A DNA stretch of 64,000 bases from Camelus ferus. Taxonomy: Eukaryota. Position 1 is the stretch's first letter. The number at the start of each line of letters is the position of its first letter. Made by a program: the position numbers and the translations under genes. Location: positions 54,872,001 through 54,936,000 of the forward strand of contig NC_045707.1 of assembly GCF_009834535.1 (NCBI RefSeq), read 5' to 3'. Below are positions 13,341-26,410 of this stretch, piece after piece. The notes beneath the pieces are model-generated. The model saw only the letters and a list, made by a program, of their open reading frames with translations, searched no databases and had not been told where the DNA came from.

Positions 13341-13659
13341 TTTTAAAATTATTATTTTAATTTTAGCTGTGGGCTCTAGTATTATTTTAATCTTAACTGA
13401 AAACATGTAAACATATATTATTTCCTGCTATTCTCTAGGTAAGGACACTGATACCTGTTGAAACTAAATAACTTTCAAATGAACCTATTCTGTAAATGAT
13501 GCTTCTCAATCAGAAGCTAGGATTGTCGGCTTCAAAACTGTTGTTTTCCCCCTTAATAGCAGTGTTTCTCTTCTATTACCCATTACTGATTCTACGTGCT
13601 TTTTCTTCGAGTTTTTTAACATATGCCAAGTCATAAGCATATGAAATTAATTTTGTATT

Positions 13660-13923
13660 TTTTTACCTTTCTTGATATTTAATTGACATAAAATATTGTG
13701 TTAAGTTTAAGGTATACAATGTATTGATTTGATACACTTATATATTGCAATTTGAAGGGTACAAACTTTCAGTTAGAAGATGAATTAAGTTCTGGGGGTC
13801 TAATGCATTGTGATTATAGTTGACAGAACTACGTTGTGTACTAGAAAACTGCTGAGAGTAGATCTGAAATGTTCTCATTACAAAAAAGAAATGGTAATCA
13901 TGTGATGTGATGGAGGTGTTAGC
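13660..13923 (-). mobile_element. Short 5'-inverted L1 insertion
   Basis: T-tail plus antisense 3' end (to 13750) joined to a sense upstream piece; 12-bp duplication TAATTTTGTATT at 13648-13659 and 13924-13935. Confidence 0.8.
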
Positions 13924-14914
13924 TAATTTTGTATTGTGTATTTTATTAAGCAAACTGCTTTTTCTTCTCATGCCATGTTACATTATTCAAAACTACATTG
14001 ATAATAGTGTAAAGAACATATTTATCTATTACAGACACCCAATGGATTATGCCACTCCAGTGCTTTCTACCCATAAAGACTTTTCTCATCTTTTACAATA
14101 AAATCTAAACTTTTTACTTTGGACATTTGGAGAATCTGTACTACTATACTGATATAATGGACTACAGTTATGTAAGAGAAAGGACAAACTATCAATTCAC
14201 ATAACATGTCTGAATTTCATGTGTGTTTTTCTAAATGAAAGAAGCCGAATCTGGCTCCTACATACCTGTTGCATCTTTCTCATTCTTCGTATTTGTCCAC
14301 TATGCTGAATACCCACTGGTCTCTTTTAAGATACTTATATATAACATACTCTTCATGCCACTTATGCTTTGTCAGTTTCTGTATCCTTAAAAATTCTCTC
14401 CATTGTTCTATGCATGCCTACTTTCTTCTCTCTTTTTCAACCTTAATTGAATGTTACCTCCTTAGAGTAGTCTTCCCTGACCACTCCAGCCCTGCTTTTC
14501 CACCCGGATGTCCTCTATTATAATCTATCTATATTTTATTAGTTTCCTTCTACCATTTTTTAGTAATAAAGATTAAAAATAAACCTTTAAATATACTATA
14601 CAATCACATATTCTAAAATAATTCTTTTATGTTGAGATTATTTTTCTTCTAAGATGAGAGATGACTTAATTTCTGTCTTCTTTTGAATGCAGGGTCCCAA
14701 GTCAGGCTGTATAATCACTTGAACAATATCAATTGGACAAATAAGAAATACCTAGACAAATTTCAGAAACAAGGAAAATAGCTGCATTAAGCACTGCACC
14801 ACCTAGAATGCCGTGTGCACTATTTATCTTGAGAAATACGACTCTAAGCCTATAGCATAAGGCTTTCATGGCAAGTCTTATAAAGTCTTGAGAATCAAAG
14901 ACAAGTATATAAAA

Positions 14915-15090
14915 CAGTAATTCGCAAACCCAGCAGCATCTGAGTTACAACGCAAAACCCTGAGTGCTGGGCTTTATTCCCAGAAACTCTGATTCAGTAA
15001 GTCTATCGTGGGGCCTGAAATTTTGCTTTTGTAGCAAGCGCCCAGTTAAAACTGGTGCTGCTGGCCTATGGACCACATCTGGAGAATCTC
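14915..15090. mobile_element. MER5A-like hAT-Charlie MITE
   Basis: 'ctctgattcagtaagtctatcgtggggcctgaaattttgctttt...tgctgctggcctatggaccacatctggagaa'. Confidence 0.75.
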
Positions 15091-16261
15091 AGAAACATAT
15101 AGGAAATTATGGGGGTGGGGAGGGAGGGTGAGGGGAGAAGTACTGCATTCTGATTTCAGGTAGAAGGGAGAGGAAGCCAGTAATTGACAACTGAGGAGAC
15201 AGCAGGGGCAAAGGAATCCAAATTACAAGATTAATTTTTGACCCAGAGTTTTTATTTATGAAAAATTTAAAACAATGAACCAATGGACTAATAAAATTGC
15301 CACTCTTGAAAATATATTATTTGAGGTATAGTCAAGGAACTGTAATATACTGTGTAACAAATGCTTCCTAACCAATATTAGATTTAATCAATTTATAACA
15401 CATTTTTAAAAGTGTATAATCATTAACATCTGTCTTCATGTGTGAAATACTCTAAAGAACCCTATCAGAATTTAATTTTTATTCAGTGTTTGAGCAAATC
15501 TAGTTTAAGTAATTTTTCTCTAGATAAGGGACAGCTTCCTCTCCACCTTTGTATGGATCATTATTTAAAAGCTTTATCTCTGTCCTCAGAAAAGTAGAAC
15601 AGAAAGTGCATGAAATTGGAGTGAAATATATGACCTCTACTTTTCTCACAGGGATTTTTTTTGAAGGTGAACAAGATTTTCACTTGTTGCATGTTTGATA
15701 TCTTTTGATGAGAGAAACTATATAAATATCAAATATTATTCTAGGCAAAGGGTTCATTAGTGCTTTATTTTCCATTAATATTTGCCAAAACCAAATTGGC
15801 ACTGAGTGTAATTCTACAGAATGTTTGGCAACCACTTGTTTTCTGTCAAAGTCATGTCAGTATACAGATGGATTCCATTTTCACAGGAACCCAAATAAAG
15901 TGATAGTCAAGATTAAAATTTGGGATGAAATAACTATTAATGTGTGAAATGCCTTAAGGAATTTATATAGTAATGCAAAACTGTGATGAAATGCAATAAA
16001 AGCTAACTAAATTATAAAACTCTCAGGAAAATAGATGAAGTTGGATATGTTATTATGATGACTGTTGGCAATCTCATGTAATCACACTATACCAATAGCA
16101 AAGGGAATATTTTTAAATCACACATTGTGTAATTTTTAGAATAAGTGAATCTGGCCAGAAATAACTCCTAATGTTTATATAAAGAAATTACATTTCCCTT
16201 GGGAAAAATGGTGTGCGTTACTGTTAAGGCACATAGTAAAACTCCAGTGATAGATTATGAA

Positions 16262-16263
<2 letters not shown>

Positions 16264-16307
<44 letters not shown>
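16264..16307. repeat. (GT)22 microsatellite
   Basis: Direct reading. Confidence 0.97.
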
Positions 16308-16310
<3 letters not shown>

Positions 16311-16579
16311 AGGGTGCACAGGATGCAACTATTCAGAGTCATGGAGGAGATCCTATGGCAGTGAACTGACTAGGCAATATGAGGCTTGGAATGCTTGCTC
16401 TTTCACAGGGATGAGTGTTACTTAACCCCCTATGCTTTAAAATCATCTGAGATTAATGGAATTAATCATATTTAACAAAAGATACTAGAGAGTCTATGCA
16501 AAGAGAAGCAAATTTTCCTTATTTCCTCATTTCTTTTAATAACTTTTTATAGATGGCAAACCATGTAGGTGGTACAGTC

Positions 16580-17120
16580 TTAGGTACTAGAGTTAAAGCA
16601 ACAAATGAAACAATGTATGTGTTCCTGTGGAATTTAGGGCATGTAGCTTACAGTCCACTAGGGGAAACATGTAATTAAAAATATATATATAAAATATAAT
16701 ATGTAATATAAATATATGTATTGTAAAATGTATTGTAAGGGTCATAGTTTTATTTTTTAAAGTGCAGTTTAGATAATAGAGATTGAGATGATGCTTTTTT
16801 AAGAGCATGCTCAGATAGGAGTCTCTGAAGGAGTGATATCTGAGCAGAGATCTGAAAGTGGATGATAACCTATGAAAAGAGGTTTCTAGTTTGAAAAAAA
16901 AAAACAGGGGGTTATGAGTGGAAATATTTTCAAGGACCAGCAATAAAGCCAGAATAAGCAGAGGAATTCATGGAAGGAAACAGCGATGGCCTGGGGCAGA
17001 TCATGGAGGCGTGCAGCAGATCATGTTGGGCAGATAAAAATTTAGACTTCAGCTTAAAATTAATGTAAATCCATTAGAAGGTTTTGAGCAGGAAAGTAAC
17101 ATCATTTGACTTATTTGTAA
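16580..17120 (-). mobile_element. L2 fragment
   Basis: 'tctctgaaggagtgatatctgagcagagatctgaa...ccattagaaggttttgagcaggaaagtaacatcatttgactta'. Confidence 0.7.
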
Positions 17121-17449
17121 GTCAGAAAAAAGTTCTATCTGAATGTGGAAGTTTGTAGATTTAAGTAACTTTGCTGGCATATAGGCAGATGCTTTTGAGT
17201 CTATGGTTATTCTATTATCTTGATGAAATACTAATTTAGAATACTACTTAAATGCATTTCACCTAGAGGGAATGATAACTTATTATATGCTAGGAATGTT
17301 ATCTGAACACTTTATTCTTCCTATGAAACATATATATCACATGTATGTACACTTTTAAAAGTAGTGATAAAATGAACATATGCGTAATCTCAACCTAGCT
17401 TACATTAAACCCTGCATGCCCCACTCTACAGGCCTTTTGTGATGTTTGT

Positions 17450-18650
17450 TAAGTATATTTCTAAGAATGCTTATGGCTGATTTTAAAAATATAATTTCCA
17501 ATATTGTGGTGCCAGCATATAAAAATGGGTTATTGTAAGTTAACCTATTATCCTGTGAGCTTACTAAATTGATTTAACAGTTCTAATCATTTTGGTAACT
17601 TCCTTAGGATTGTCTATATGAAGAATCTTGTCATCTACAAATAGAGACAGTTTTATTTCTTGCCATCTAGTCTTCACTTCAATTTTTTCTTTATCTTTTG
17701 CACTGGTTATTACATCCGGAAAATGTTGAGAGGTAGTCAAAGCAGCATTCTTTCCTATTTTCCTGATCTTAGAGGAAACTTGTCTGTTTTACCTTTAATA
17801 TGTTAGTAGTGTGGTTCTATAGACGCCCTTTATCAGACTGAAAAAAATTCCCTTCTGTTGTTTCCGAGAATTTTCATCATAAATAAATATTTAATCTACT
17901 CATAGATTTTTCTTCATCACATCAAAGCCATCATAATGTAAGTCTTTTTTCATTGTCTTTTTCCTTAAATGTGGGTCAAAATCTCCTGTTTTTTGTATTC
18001 CAAATAATTTTTTACAGGGTATTCTGTACACTGTGAATGCTATATATTATAAAGACTCTAAATTCTGCTTTGTTTTGTATTTTTTCTTCTGAAGAGTGTT
18101 GACTTTGGTTTGTTTATCTTAGCAGGCAATCACTTGGCCCTACCCAAACGGAAAACTTTATCTCTTGGGTGGAAGCTTAAATCTTAATTCAGGTGTTTTT
18201 TTGTTTTTTTTGTTTGTTTGTTTTTAATTTTCATAAAGAGTGAGTCCAGTACATTTGTTATTCAGAAGTCAGCCAGTTTTTGGGAAGAATTTTTATACAG
18301 TATATGAGGTTCCCAACCTATGCTTCTCTCCTTTTTAGCAATTTAAACCTCATTTTCCAGCAAATATGGATACACTCTGCCTCTGATTCTTTAGGCTAGA
18401 AAGATTGAAGGTTTTCTTTTAGGGTGTTTTCCCTCACCCAATGCACTGACTTAGCCAGCCCTCAGGCCAAGGAACTGTGTAACTGTATCTATGACACTCC
18501 CTACTTTCAGGTATTGACTTGCCTTCAGAATCTTCCTGCATTTGGATAGTTGCTGTAAGTTTGTGTGTGTGTGCATTTCCTTTTTTTTTTTTTTTTTTGA
18601 GTTTACATTTGCTATCTGTGACATTGCTTGATCTGATAGGAACTCCTTAA
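17450..18650 (-). mobile_element. Degraded L1M fragments
   Basis: 'tcttgtcatctacaaatagagacagttttatttctt', 'tttcctgatcttagaggaaa', 'ccctttatcagactgaaaaaattcccttct'. Confidence 0.65.
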
Positions 18651-18869
18651 CTAGATAATAAGCAAAATCTGTATCTTTTTAGTTTTAACCTGAGTTTTAA
18701 AATTTCAAGTAAATTTTGTGTTGTCAGCTCTCAATCTTTGAAGGTCTGGAACTACATTTATTTTCTTCAAACTCTTGCTTAACAAACTAGCAGGGTATTT
18801 CATGGATTTAGATAGTTATTTCTCCAACTACAATTTGAAAGTATGACAAAATTTTAACTGGCATATCTT

Positions 18870-20950
18870 AATATGTAGATGATATGATCCAATATATAGA
18901 AAAATCCCAAAGAGTCTACCAAAAACCTATGGGGACTGGTAAAGTCAACAGAGTTGCAGGGTACAAGACCAATACACAAAAATAAATTGTGTTTCTATAT
19001 ACCAGTAATTATCAATTAAAAAAAATCAAGAAAGCAATTCTATGTACAGTAGCATCCAAAGAATAAAATATCTAGAAATAAATTTAATCAAATATGTGAA
19101 AAAGTTGTATACTTAAAACTTTAAAACAATGCTGAAAGAAACCAAAGACTTAAGTAAAATTGAAAAACATTGTGTATCCATGGATTGGATGAATTGATAT
19201 TATTGAGATGGCAAAACCACCCAAAGTGATCTACAGATTCAATGCAACCCTTACAAAAATTCACAATGGCCTATTTTGCAGATATGGAAAAGTAGATTCT
19301 AAAATTTATATGGAATTGCAGGGTACCCAAAATTACCAAAATCACACTGAAAAAGAACAAAGATGGAAGTCTCACAGTTCCTGATTTCAAAACTTGCTAT
19401 AAAACTACTGTAATAAAAAGTTTGGTATTAGCATAATGATTAGGTATTTAAACCAATGGAGTAGAATTGAAAGTCCTAAAATAAACTCATACACCTATGG
19501 CCCCATAATGTTGAACAAGTTGCCAAGACCATTCAATAGGGCAAGAATACTCTCTCTAATAAATAATAATGGACTGACTGGATATAGACTAGCAATAGAA
19601 TGATGTTGGATCTCCTACTTCACATTATATACAAAGGCAACTCAAAATGTATCAATACGTAAACTGAAGAGCTATTCTTCTATTCTGTATAAACTCTTAG
19701 AAGAAAACATGCAGTAAATCTTCATGATCTTGAAGATGAATCCACAGCAATGGATTTTCAGATATGGCACCAAAAGTACAAGAACCAAAAGAAAAATAGA
19801 TAAGTTACAGTTCATCAGAATTAAATGCTCTGTGCATCAAAGGATATCATCAACACAGTGAAAAGTTAACTTTCAGAATAGAATAAACTATTTGCAAGTC
19901 ATATATCTGATAAGGGTTTACTATCTGGAATACGTAAAGAACACTTACAACTCCACAACAAACAGACAAGTCAATTTGTTGAAAGAGAGAGAGAGAAAGA
20001 ATCAGTAGTTTTGTCTCTGGAGGAGAGTGATTTCTCTTAAGGGTAAGAGAATATAAATCAAAAACTTAAAAAAAGGTCAGTAAATGACTTGAACAGGCAT
20101 TTTTGCAAAGAAGATATACGAGTGTCCAACAAACACATGAAAAGATAACATTGTCAGTCATTACGGAAATGCAAATCAAAATCAAAATGAGGTATTACTT
20201 CACACCCAATAGGGTGGCTCTAATGATTATAAGAATAAAAAAAAAGAATATTAATAAGAATAAAGATAAGAAGGAAGAGGGAAAGAACAAGTGTTAGTGA
20301 GGATGTGAAAAAGTTGGAATCCTCATACATTTCTTAGGGGAATAGAAAATCATGCAGCACTTGAAAGCAATTTAGCGGTTCCTCAAAAAAGTTAAACAAA
20401 ATTGCTACTTGACCTAGTAATCCCACTCCTGGATACAGATCCAGAATAATTCAAAAGAAACAAGTACTTATACAAGAATGTTCATAATAGCACTATCCAC
20501 AACAGTCAACATGGATACAACCCAAATATTCATCAAGAGATGAATGGATAAATAGAATGTGATGTGTACATTCTTATTTGGTCATTAAATGAAATGAAGT
20601 ACTGACACATACTGGAATTGTGACTAAGTCTCAAAAGTTATGTGAAAAAGAAAAGCCAGACACAAAAAGGTCATGTACTATATAATTCCATATATATGAA
20701 GTAGCCAGAACAGGCAAATCCATAGAGACAGAAAACAGATGAGTGGTTGTCAGGGAAGTGAGTGAGAGGTGGGAATAGGAGAGGGGATGAGGAGTGACTA
20801 CTGAATGGGTACAAAGTTTTATTTTGGGATGATGAAAATGTTTTGGAACTAGATAGAGGCGGTGGTTGCACAGTGTCATGAATGTACTAAATAGCACAGA
20901 ATTGTACACCTTTAATGGTTAATTTTGTGTTTTGTGAATTTCACCTAAAA
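18870..20950 (+). mobile_element. L1MB-like element: ORF2 from the RT 'DDM' region to the 3' UTR
   Basis: 'gtagatgatatgatccaatatatagaaaaatccc' (the ADDMI.Y.ENP region), 'gatctacagattcaatgcaa', L1MB-type 3' UTR; many stops and frameshifts. Confidence 0.92.
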
Positions 20951-20964
20951 TTTATTCTGAGTTA

Positions 20965-21600
20965 CTAGTTTTTACCTATCAGATTGGCAAAAATCCAAGT
21001 TTTACCTTATGTTCTGATGGGAAGACTGTGGGGAAACAGGTGCTTTCATACATTGCTAATGGGGATGCAGAATAGTATTGATTTCATTTAGGGGAATTTG
21101 GTAATAGGTAGCAAAATTACATGAGCATTTACCCTTTGACTTAGCATCCCACTTCTAAGAATAGATACAGAAGTAAAAAGACTGTATGAAGTGTGCACAA
21201 GGCTATTCAGTGGAACTCTTTGTAATAGCAAAAGAATACAAACAGGGTAAATATCTAACAATAGGTAAGTCAGGGTTTATCTGCATGATGGAGGGCTGTT
21301 TGTGTGTAAAAAGGCTGATACACTGCTTTGGAGAAATGGCTGAGGTGGGTTGTTCCATGAAAAAAGCAAGATAAATGACCAGAATAGGCAAATCTATAGA
21401 GATAAAAGTAGATTAATGGTTGCCTATGGCTGGGATAAGGGGAAATGGAAGATGGGGAGATTAGGGTTTTTGATAATAAAAGTATCCTAAAATTTAGTGG
21501 TGATGAATGTACAACTCTGAAAAATTTTTTTAATTGGTGAATTTTGGTAAATGGGTGACTTTTATACTATGTGAATTATATCTCAACAAAATTGTTATAG
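20965..21600 (+). mobile_element. Older L1M 3' fragments
   Basis: 'acctatcagattggcaaaaatc...accctttgacttagcatcccacttctaagaat', 'gtgaattatatctcaacaaa'. Confidence 0.75.
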
Positions 21601-24099
21601 GAAAAGAGAGTAAGTGATAGATTTGGCATGTGAACCCTAAACATTGTCAGATTACGTATACTCAGTGACTGAACTATAGTAAATAGTTGAGAGTCAACAA
21701 TTCAGATTAATAGAGATTTTCAGAAAATATTGCAATTTGGATGGACCTCCAAAAATGGGAGCAGTGTGGGAAGGAAGTGGTTTCAAGTCTAGGATAAATT
21801 AACACAAACTGTAGGAAAATGATTTTTGAAATAAAGCAAGAAGTGCTTCCTCATGTAGAAGATGGAGAATCGAACTATTGGAAGTAAAAGGGGTCTAGAG
21901 AGGTATTTTAAAGCTCTTTCTTACCTGATGAAAAAATATTGCAGACTGGTTCACGAAGGGACAGAAGAGCCAATGAAAAAATAGCAACCAAAAGTATAAG
22001 TAAGTCAAACTGGCATCTGATCTTGCTAGGATTGGTTATAGATGATTAATAAGAAAAATTCTGTTAGAATTCCACAAGAGAACATTGCAAATAGAATTAT
22101 GAGGTACTTAGGAAAGATCTAGGCTTGCTGGCCATCTTTTTTTGTTTATTCACATCTGATTCTTTACTGTCAGCTAGGAATTCCTGTAGAATGGGTTATT
22201 TCTGTACTTTTCATAATCAACAAATTAGAGGAAAATGAGAAAAGTGAGGTGAAAACCAGTGGCACAGAAAGTGATGGTAAAAGGAAAGAGTAAACCAAAT
22301 TCTTGGGGGCTGCAAGATGTCAGATGAAGATATAAGTAGACACAGCAGAGTTGCTTATAAATTAGCCAACAAGAATAACTTTGCAGTGATTTAAAGTAAT
22401 TATAGAGTCACATCATCACCTTAAAATCACTTTAATAGTCACCTTATTTGTCATATGTCAAAACAAGTTTTTAAAAAGAATAGCTTTCATGTGAAATATT
22501 CTAGAGTAAATTCAAGGACATTCAATCCTTAATTATATTTTTATGAGTGATGGACACATGAATAAATGAGCTCTATAGACAATTTGATTGATTTTTTATA
22601 GTATATGCTGATGATTATTTGTGAGGCTAATTTTATGATCAAAATTTACTTATGCACTTTACTATTTCAGAAACTGGATAATAAATGCACAGAGAAGTGA
22701 CTCACCTTTTAATCTGGCAAATTAGATTTCTTAATTTTAAGAGATTTATATCAGGGACTTCCCAACATATGTTTATAAAGGGCATCCAATACTGACAGGG
22801 TGACCTGGTATAGAAAGAATGATCATTCCTTTTTTTTTTTTTTTAATTCCCTTGACCAATATGCAATTCAGTCCATTTAAAAACAAAGGGGAAAGCTTCT
22901 TTGAATGGTAAACATTTCATAGGAGAGTGTGATTGCACATCATAGGGAATATTAGTTTTCTCATTTCCTCACCGTACTTCCTCCTCAAAACATTTTGGAT
23001 GCTTCCCAAGTGTTATTTCATATACTTCAGTCCAAGGTGTAATAGGTTATTATACTTCCTTGTTGATTTTAACTCCAAAATGCGGACTCAGGATTAAACT
23101 TTACTGCTACTATAGTTTCTTTTGGCATGTTATCTTCTTTTCAAATGTTACCCAAATGGAACAAAAATGTTCCCTAACAATTCACAGGAGAAAAAAACTA
23201 TTTTTGATGGTTTGCTTAATCTTTTAAAATTTGTTCTTATTTTTACTACTGTATAGATAATCTGAAAGCTATATTTTAAATCTGATGAAAGAAATCCCAC
23301 ATGCCAGAGACCAAGAGATTTACTTATTTAATTTATGGTGGTTGAAAATGGTAATCAGAAGGTCATGATATTGTAATTACTTTTGATAAACAGTATATTG
23401 TATTATTATTGTTGTTATTGTTATTACGTTATTGCAGTTTAAGAAAATTGTCTCAGCATTTTGCTTTTTCCTGTAAAAGATTGTCTAGGTAGGTTTCTCT
23501 ATACCAAGCCATGAGCTTCGTAATGTTTATATTTCACTTGATACATAATCATCATTAGTATTCTAGATGAAGAGCGTTCATACATTAGTCTGTTTTAACC
23601 ATAATCAGCAGCATGCAATTTATATCTGGAATCTTAAGTTCAAATATGTCTGACAATTAAAACATCTCTATTGTTTTATTTTTTAATCTTTTTTGTGAGA
23701 AATGTATCTCTCACTAACTTTATTCTTCAGAATAGATTTTCAAAACTAAATTGTGTTAAAATACATTTCTACTAGGTCTTTAAGTGCTGACATTTCTTCC
23801 ATTTTTCATTTTCTAAATATTTGTTGTGTATTCACTCTGTGTGGTTATTACTCTAAGTATGTAAAGTTTTAGTTGACATCTGAAAGAAGAGTAAAAGAGA
23901 GGTGTTAATAAAGTGAATAGATGAAGGTTCCTATATTCTAGGAATGTGGAAAGCTCCAAGGTAAACTGGGAGAGTGCTAGCTACAGATCACTGAAAGAAA
24001 GTTGATATCATCATTTCCAGCTAAGACTTAGAGTGACATCATCTCAGAGTATCTTACAGTGACTTTATCAATGTTTCAGTGCTAACCAGATGAAAGTAC

Positions 24100-24822
24100 T
24101 GTTGGCAGGAATGAAAACTGGTGCAGCCACTATGGGAAGCAGTATAGAGGTACCTCAAATAACTAAAAATAGAACTACCATATGACCCAACAATTCCACT
24201 CCTGGGTATATATATCTGGAAAAAAATGAGAACACTAATTCAAAAAGATATATATACCCTAATGTTCATAGCAGCACTATTTACAATAGCCAAGATATGG
24301 AAGCAACCCAAGTGCCCATCAACAGATGAATGGATAGAGAAGAAATGGTAAATACATATTATGGAATACTACTCAGCCATGCAAAAAATGAAATTCTGCC
24401 ATTTGCAGAAACGTGGATGGACCTAGAAATTATGCTAAGTGAAATAAGTCAGACAATGAGAAATACTGTGTGTCACTTATGTGTAAAAATCTAAAAAAAA
24501 TACAAATTAATGTATACAGAAAATAGCAACAGACTCACAGACTTTCTGTATCTATAGAAAACAAGCTGGTGGTCACCAGTGGGGAGAGGGAAGTGAGGAG
24601 GGACATGTTTAGGAGTATGAGATTTAAGAGATACAAGCTACTATATGTAACACAGATAAGAAACAAATATATATTGCATAGCATAGGGAATTATAGTCAT
24701 TATCTTATAATAACTTTAAATGGAGTATAAACTAGAAAAACATAGAATCAGTGTGCTGAACACCTGAAACTAATAAGATATTGTAAATCAACTATACTTC
24801 AATAAACAATAACAACAAAAAA
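24100..24822 (+). mobile_element. Younger L1 3' end with A-rich tail
   Basis: 'aactggtgcagccactatgg...aatagaactaccatatgacccaacaattccactcctggg...aatcaactatacttcaataaa'. Confidence 0.92.
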
Positions 24823-26189
24823 CTGATCTGTCTGATGTTAAATCTCCTGATGATATAGTTAAATTCAAAATCTTAATCACAATATGGAAGAATTGTCATG
24901 ACCTGACCCCAGCCTCCCTTTCAAACTAATTTTCCATTCCATCATATTATAAAACTGACAATATGTTAAAATCTTTGAAGTCATAAACCAAATCTTATTT
25001 ATCTTTCTGTCTCCCTCAGGACCTGGCAAAATGTCTTGCTCTAGTAGGAACTCAATGAATATTTATTAAATTTTTATTAAAATTTCCATTGCTGTGAAGT
25101 GTAGTTTCAACTGTAAAAAAAATAAAATAAAGTAAAGTAGATACTACTTATCATACAGAAGAGCAGAACAGTTTTTGTATCATTTTAGTTGTTAATTTGT
25201 TTTGCAAATAAAAAACAACTTAGCCCAAATTCTATAATAAATAAATATTCTGTGACAATTGTTGCATAACACAGAGCAGTTAGTTTTCAGCAAAGGTTTA
25301 ATTAATCCCTTAGCAGAACAATTACGGTGTCGAATATCAAAAGGTATTTGAAATATTTTAAGTTTTTGTTTTCATTAACACATAATTTATGTCATTTTGC
25401 TCTGCTTTACATAGTTTGTAAAAAGGCTTAAATGTTAAATATTTTGGAACATGGTGATCTATGAATACATAAAACAGTAATTAAGGTTTTTTTAATCTCA
25501 GAAATTCATCATTATTGTGTGAAACTCTGTCATTTGCCTTATGTAGTCAATTTATAATCAGAAATTGTCATAGGAATTAATAAACTGATAAATTCACTTT
25601 CCAAATATACTAACAAATTATATTACTAAATAAAAAACAGATTTCCTAATTATAAAATACAATCATGATATTTTTTGAGATACATTCTTTAGTAAAGTTT
25701 CTAATGAAATTCTAAAGCCAGATGGTTGGTATTTTTATCATTATGGGATGACTTACATTCTTGTTCTGTGAGTTTTGTTTTATTATTCTCTGTGTTGTGT
25801 CCCCAGTGAATTTATTTCTTCTAACCAATTATCTAACTCTCAGCCCACTTCACTTAGGGAGAAATCTGTGGCAAAGCTTAAGACAACAACTTTGAAGTTT
25901 TGCTTCAGCGTGAGTTTTTATTACTCCTCTGCTGGTGGAGCCAGTGGAGTGGGGTTCCTGAGTGATGTTATGCTAACTAACATTAAATGAATTCCTTACT
26001 TAACTCCACAGTAATCTTTTGAGGAATGAATTCTTTCTGTCCCTATTTAATATGAAGAAAGTGGCATTCTTCTGGTCACACAGCAGTAAAAAGTACTGGA
26101 CCATATTCCTCCTATAATTTTCAGGTCCATGTAGTTGGAATCTTTTGAGTTAGCCATTAAGTTCTATTATTTCTAAGAGAGGTAGACCC

Positions 26190-26410
26190 AGTAGTTGTGT
26201 TTTTAGGTTGAGCAAGCTGAAAGTATTTCTTACACTCCCATTTTCTGTCTCTGTGAGCTTGAGAAATTTGTGTAACCTTCAGTTTCATTCTCTATAAAAT
26301 GTGGATAATAATAGCACTTGTCATTTGAGGTTATTGAGATAGATAAATACCATAAAGTGTGGAAACCATATTGCCCCATGTGCGGCACTGAATCACTTTT
26401 ACTGTTATTA
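26190..26410 (+). mobile_element. MIR SINE
   Basis: Core 'ccttcagtttcattctctataaaatgtggataataatagcac'. Confidence 0.7.
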
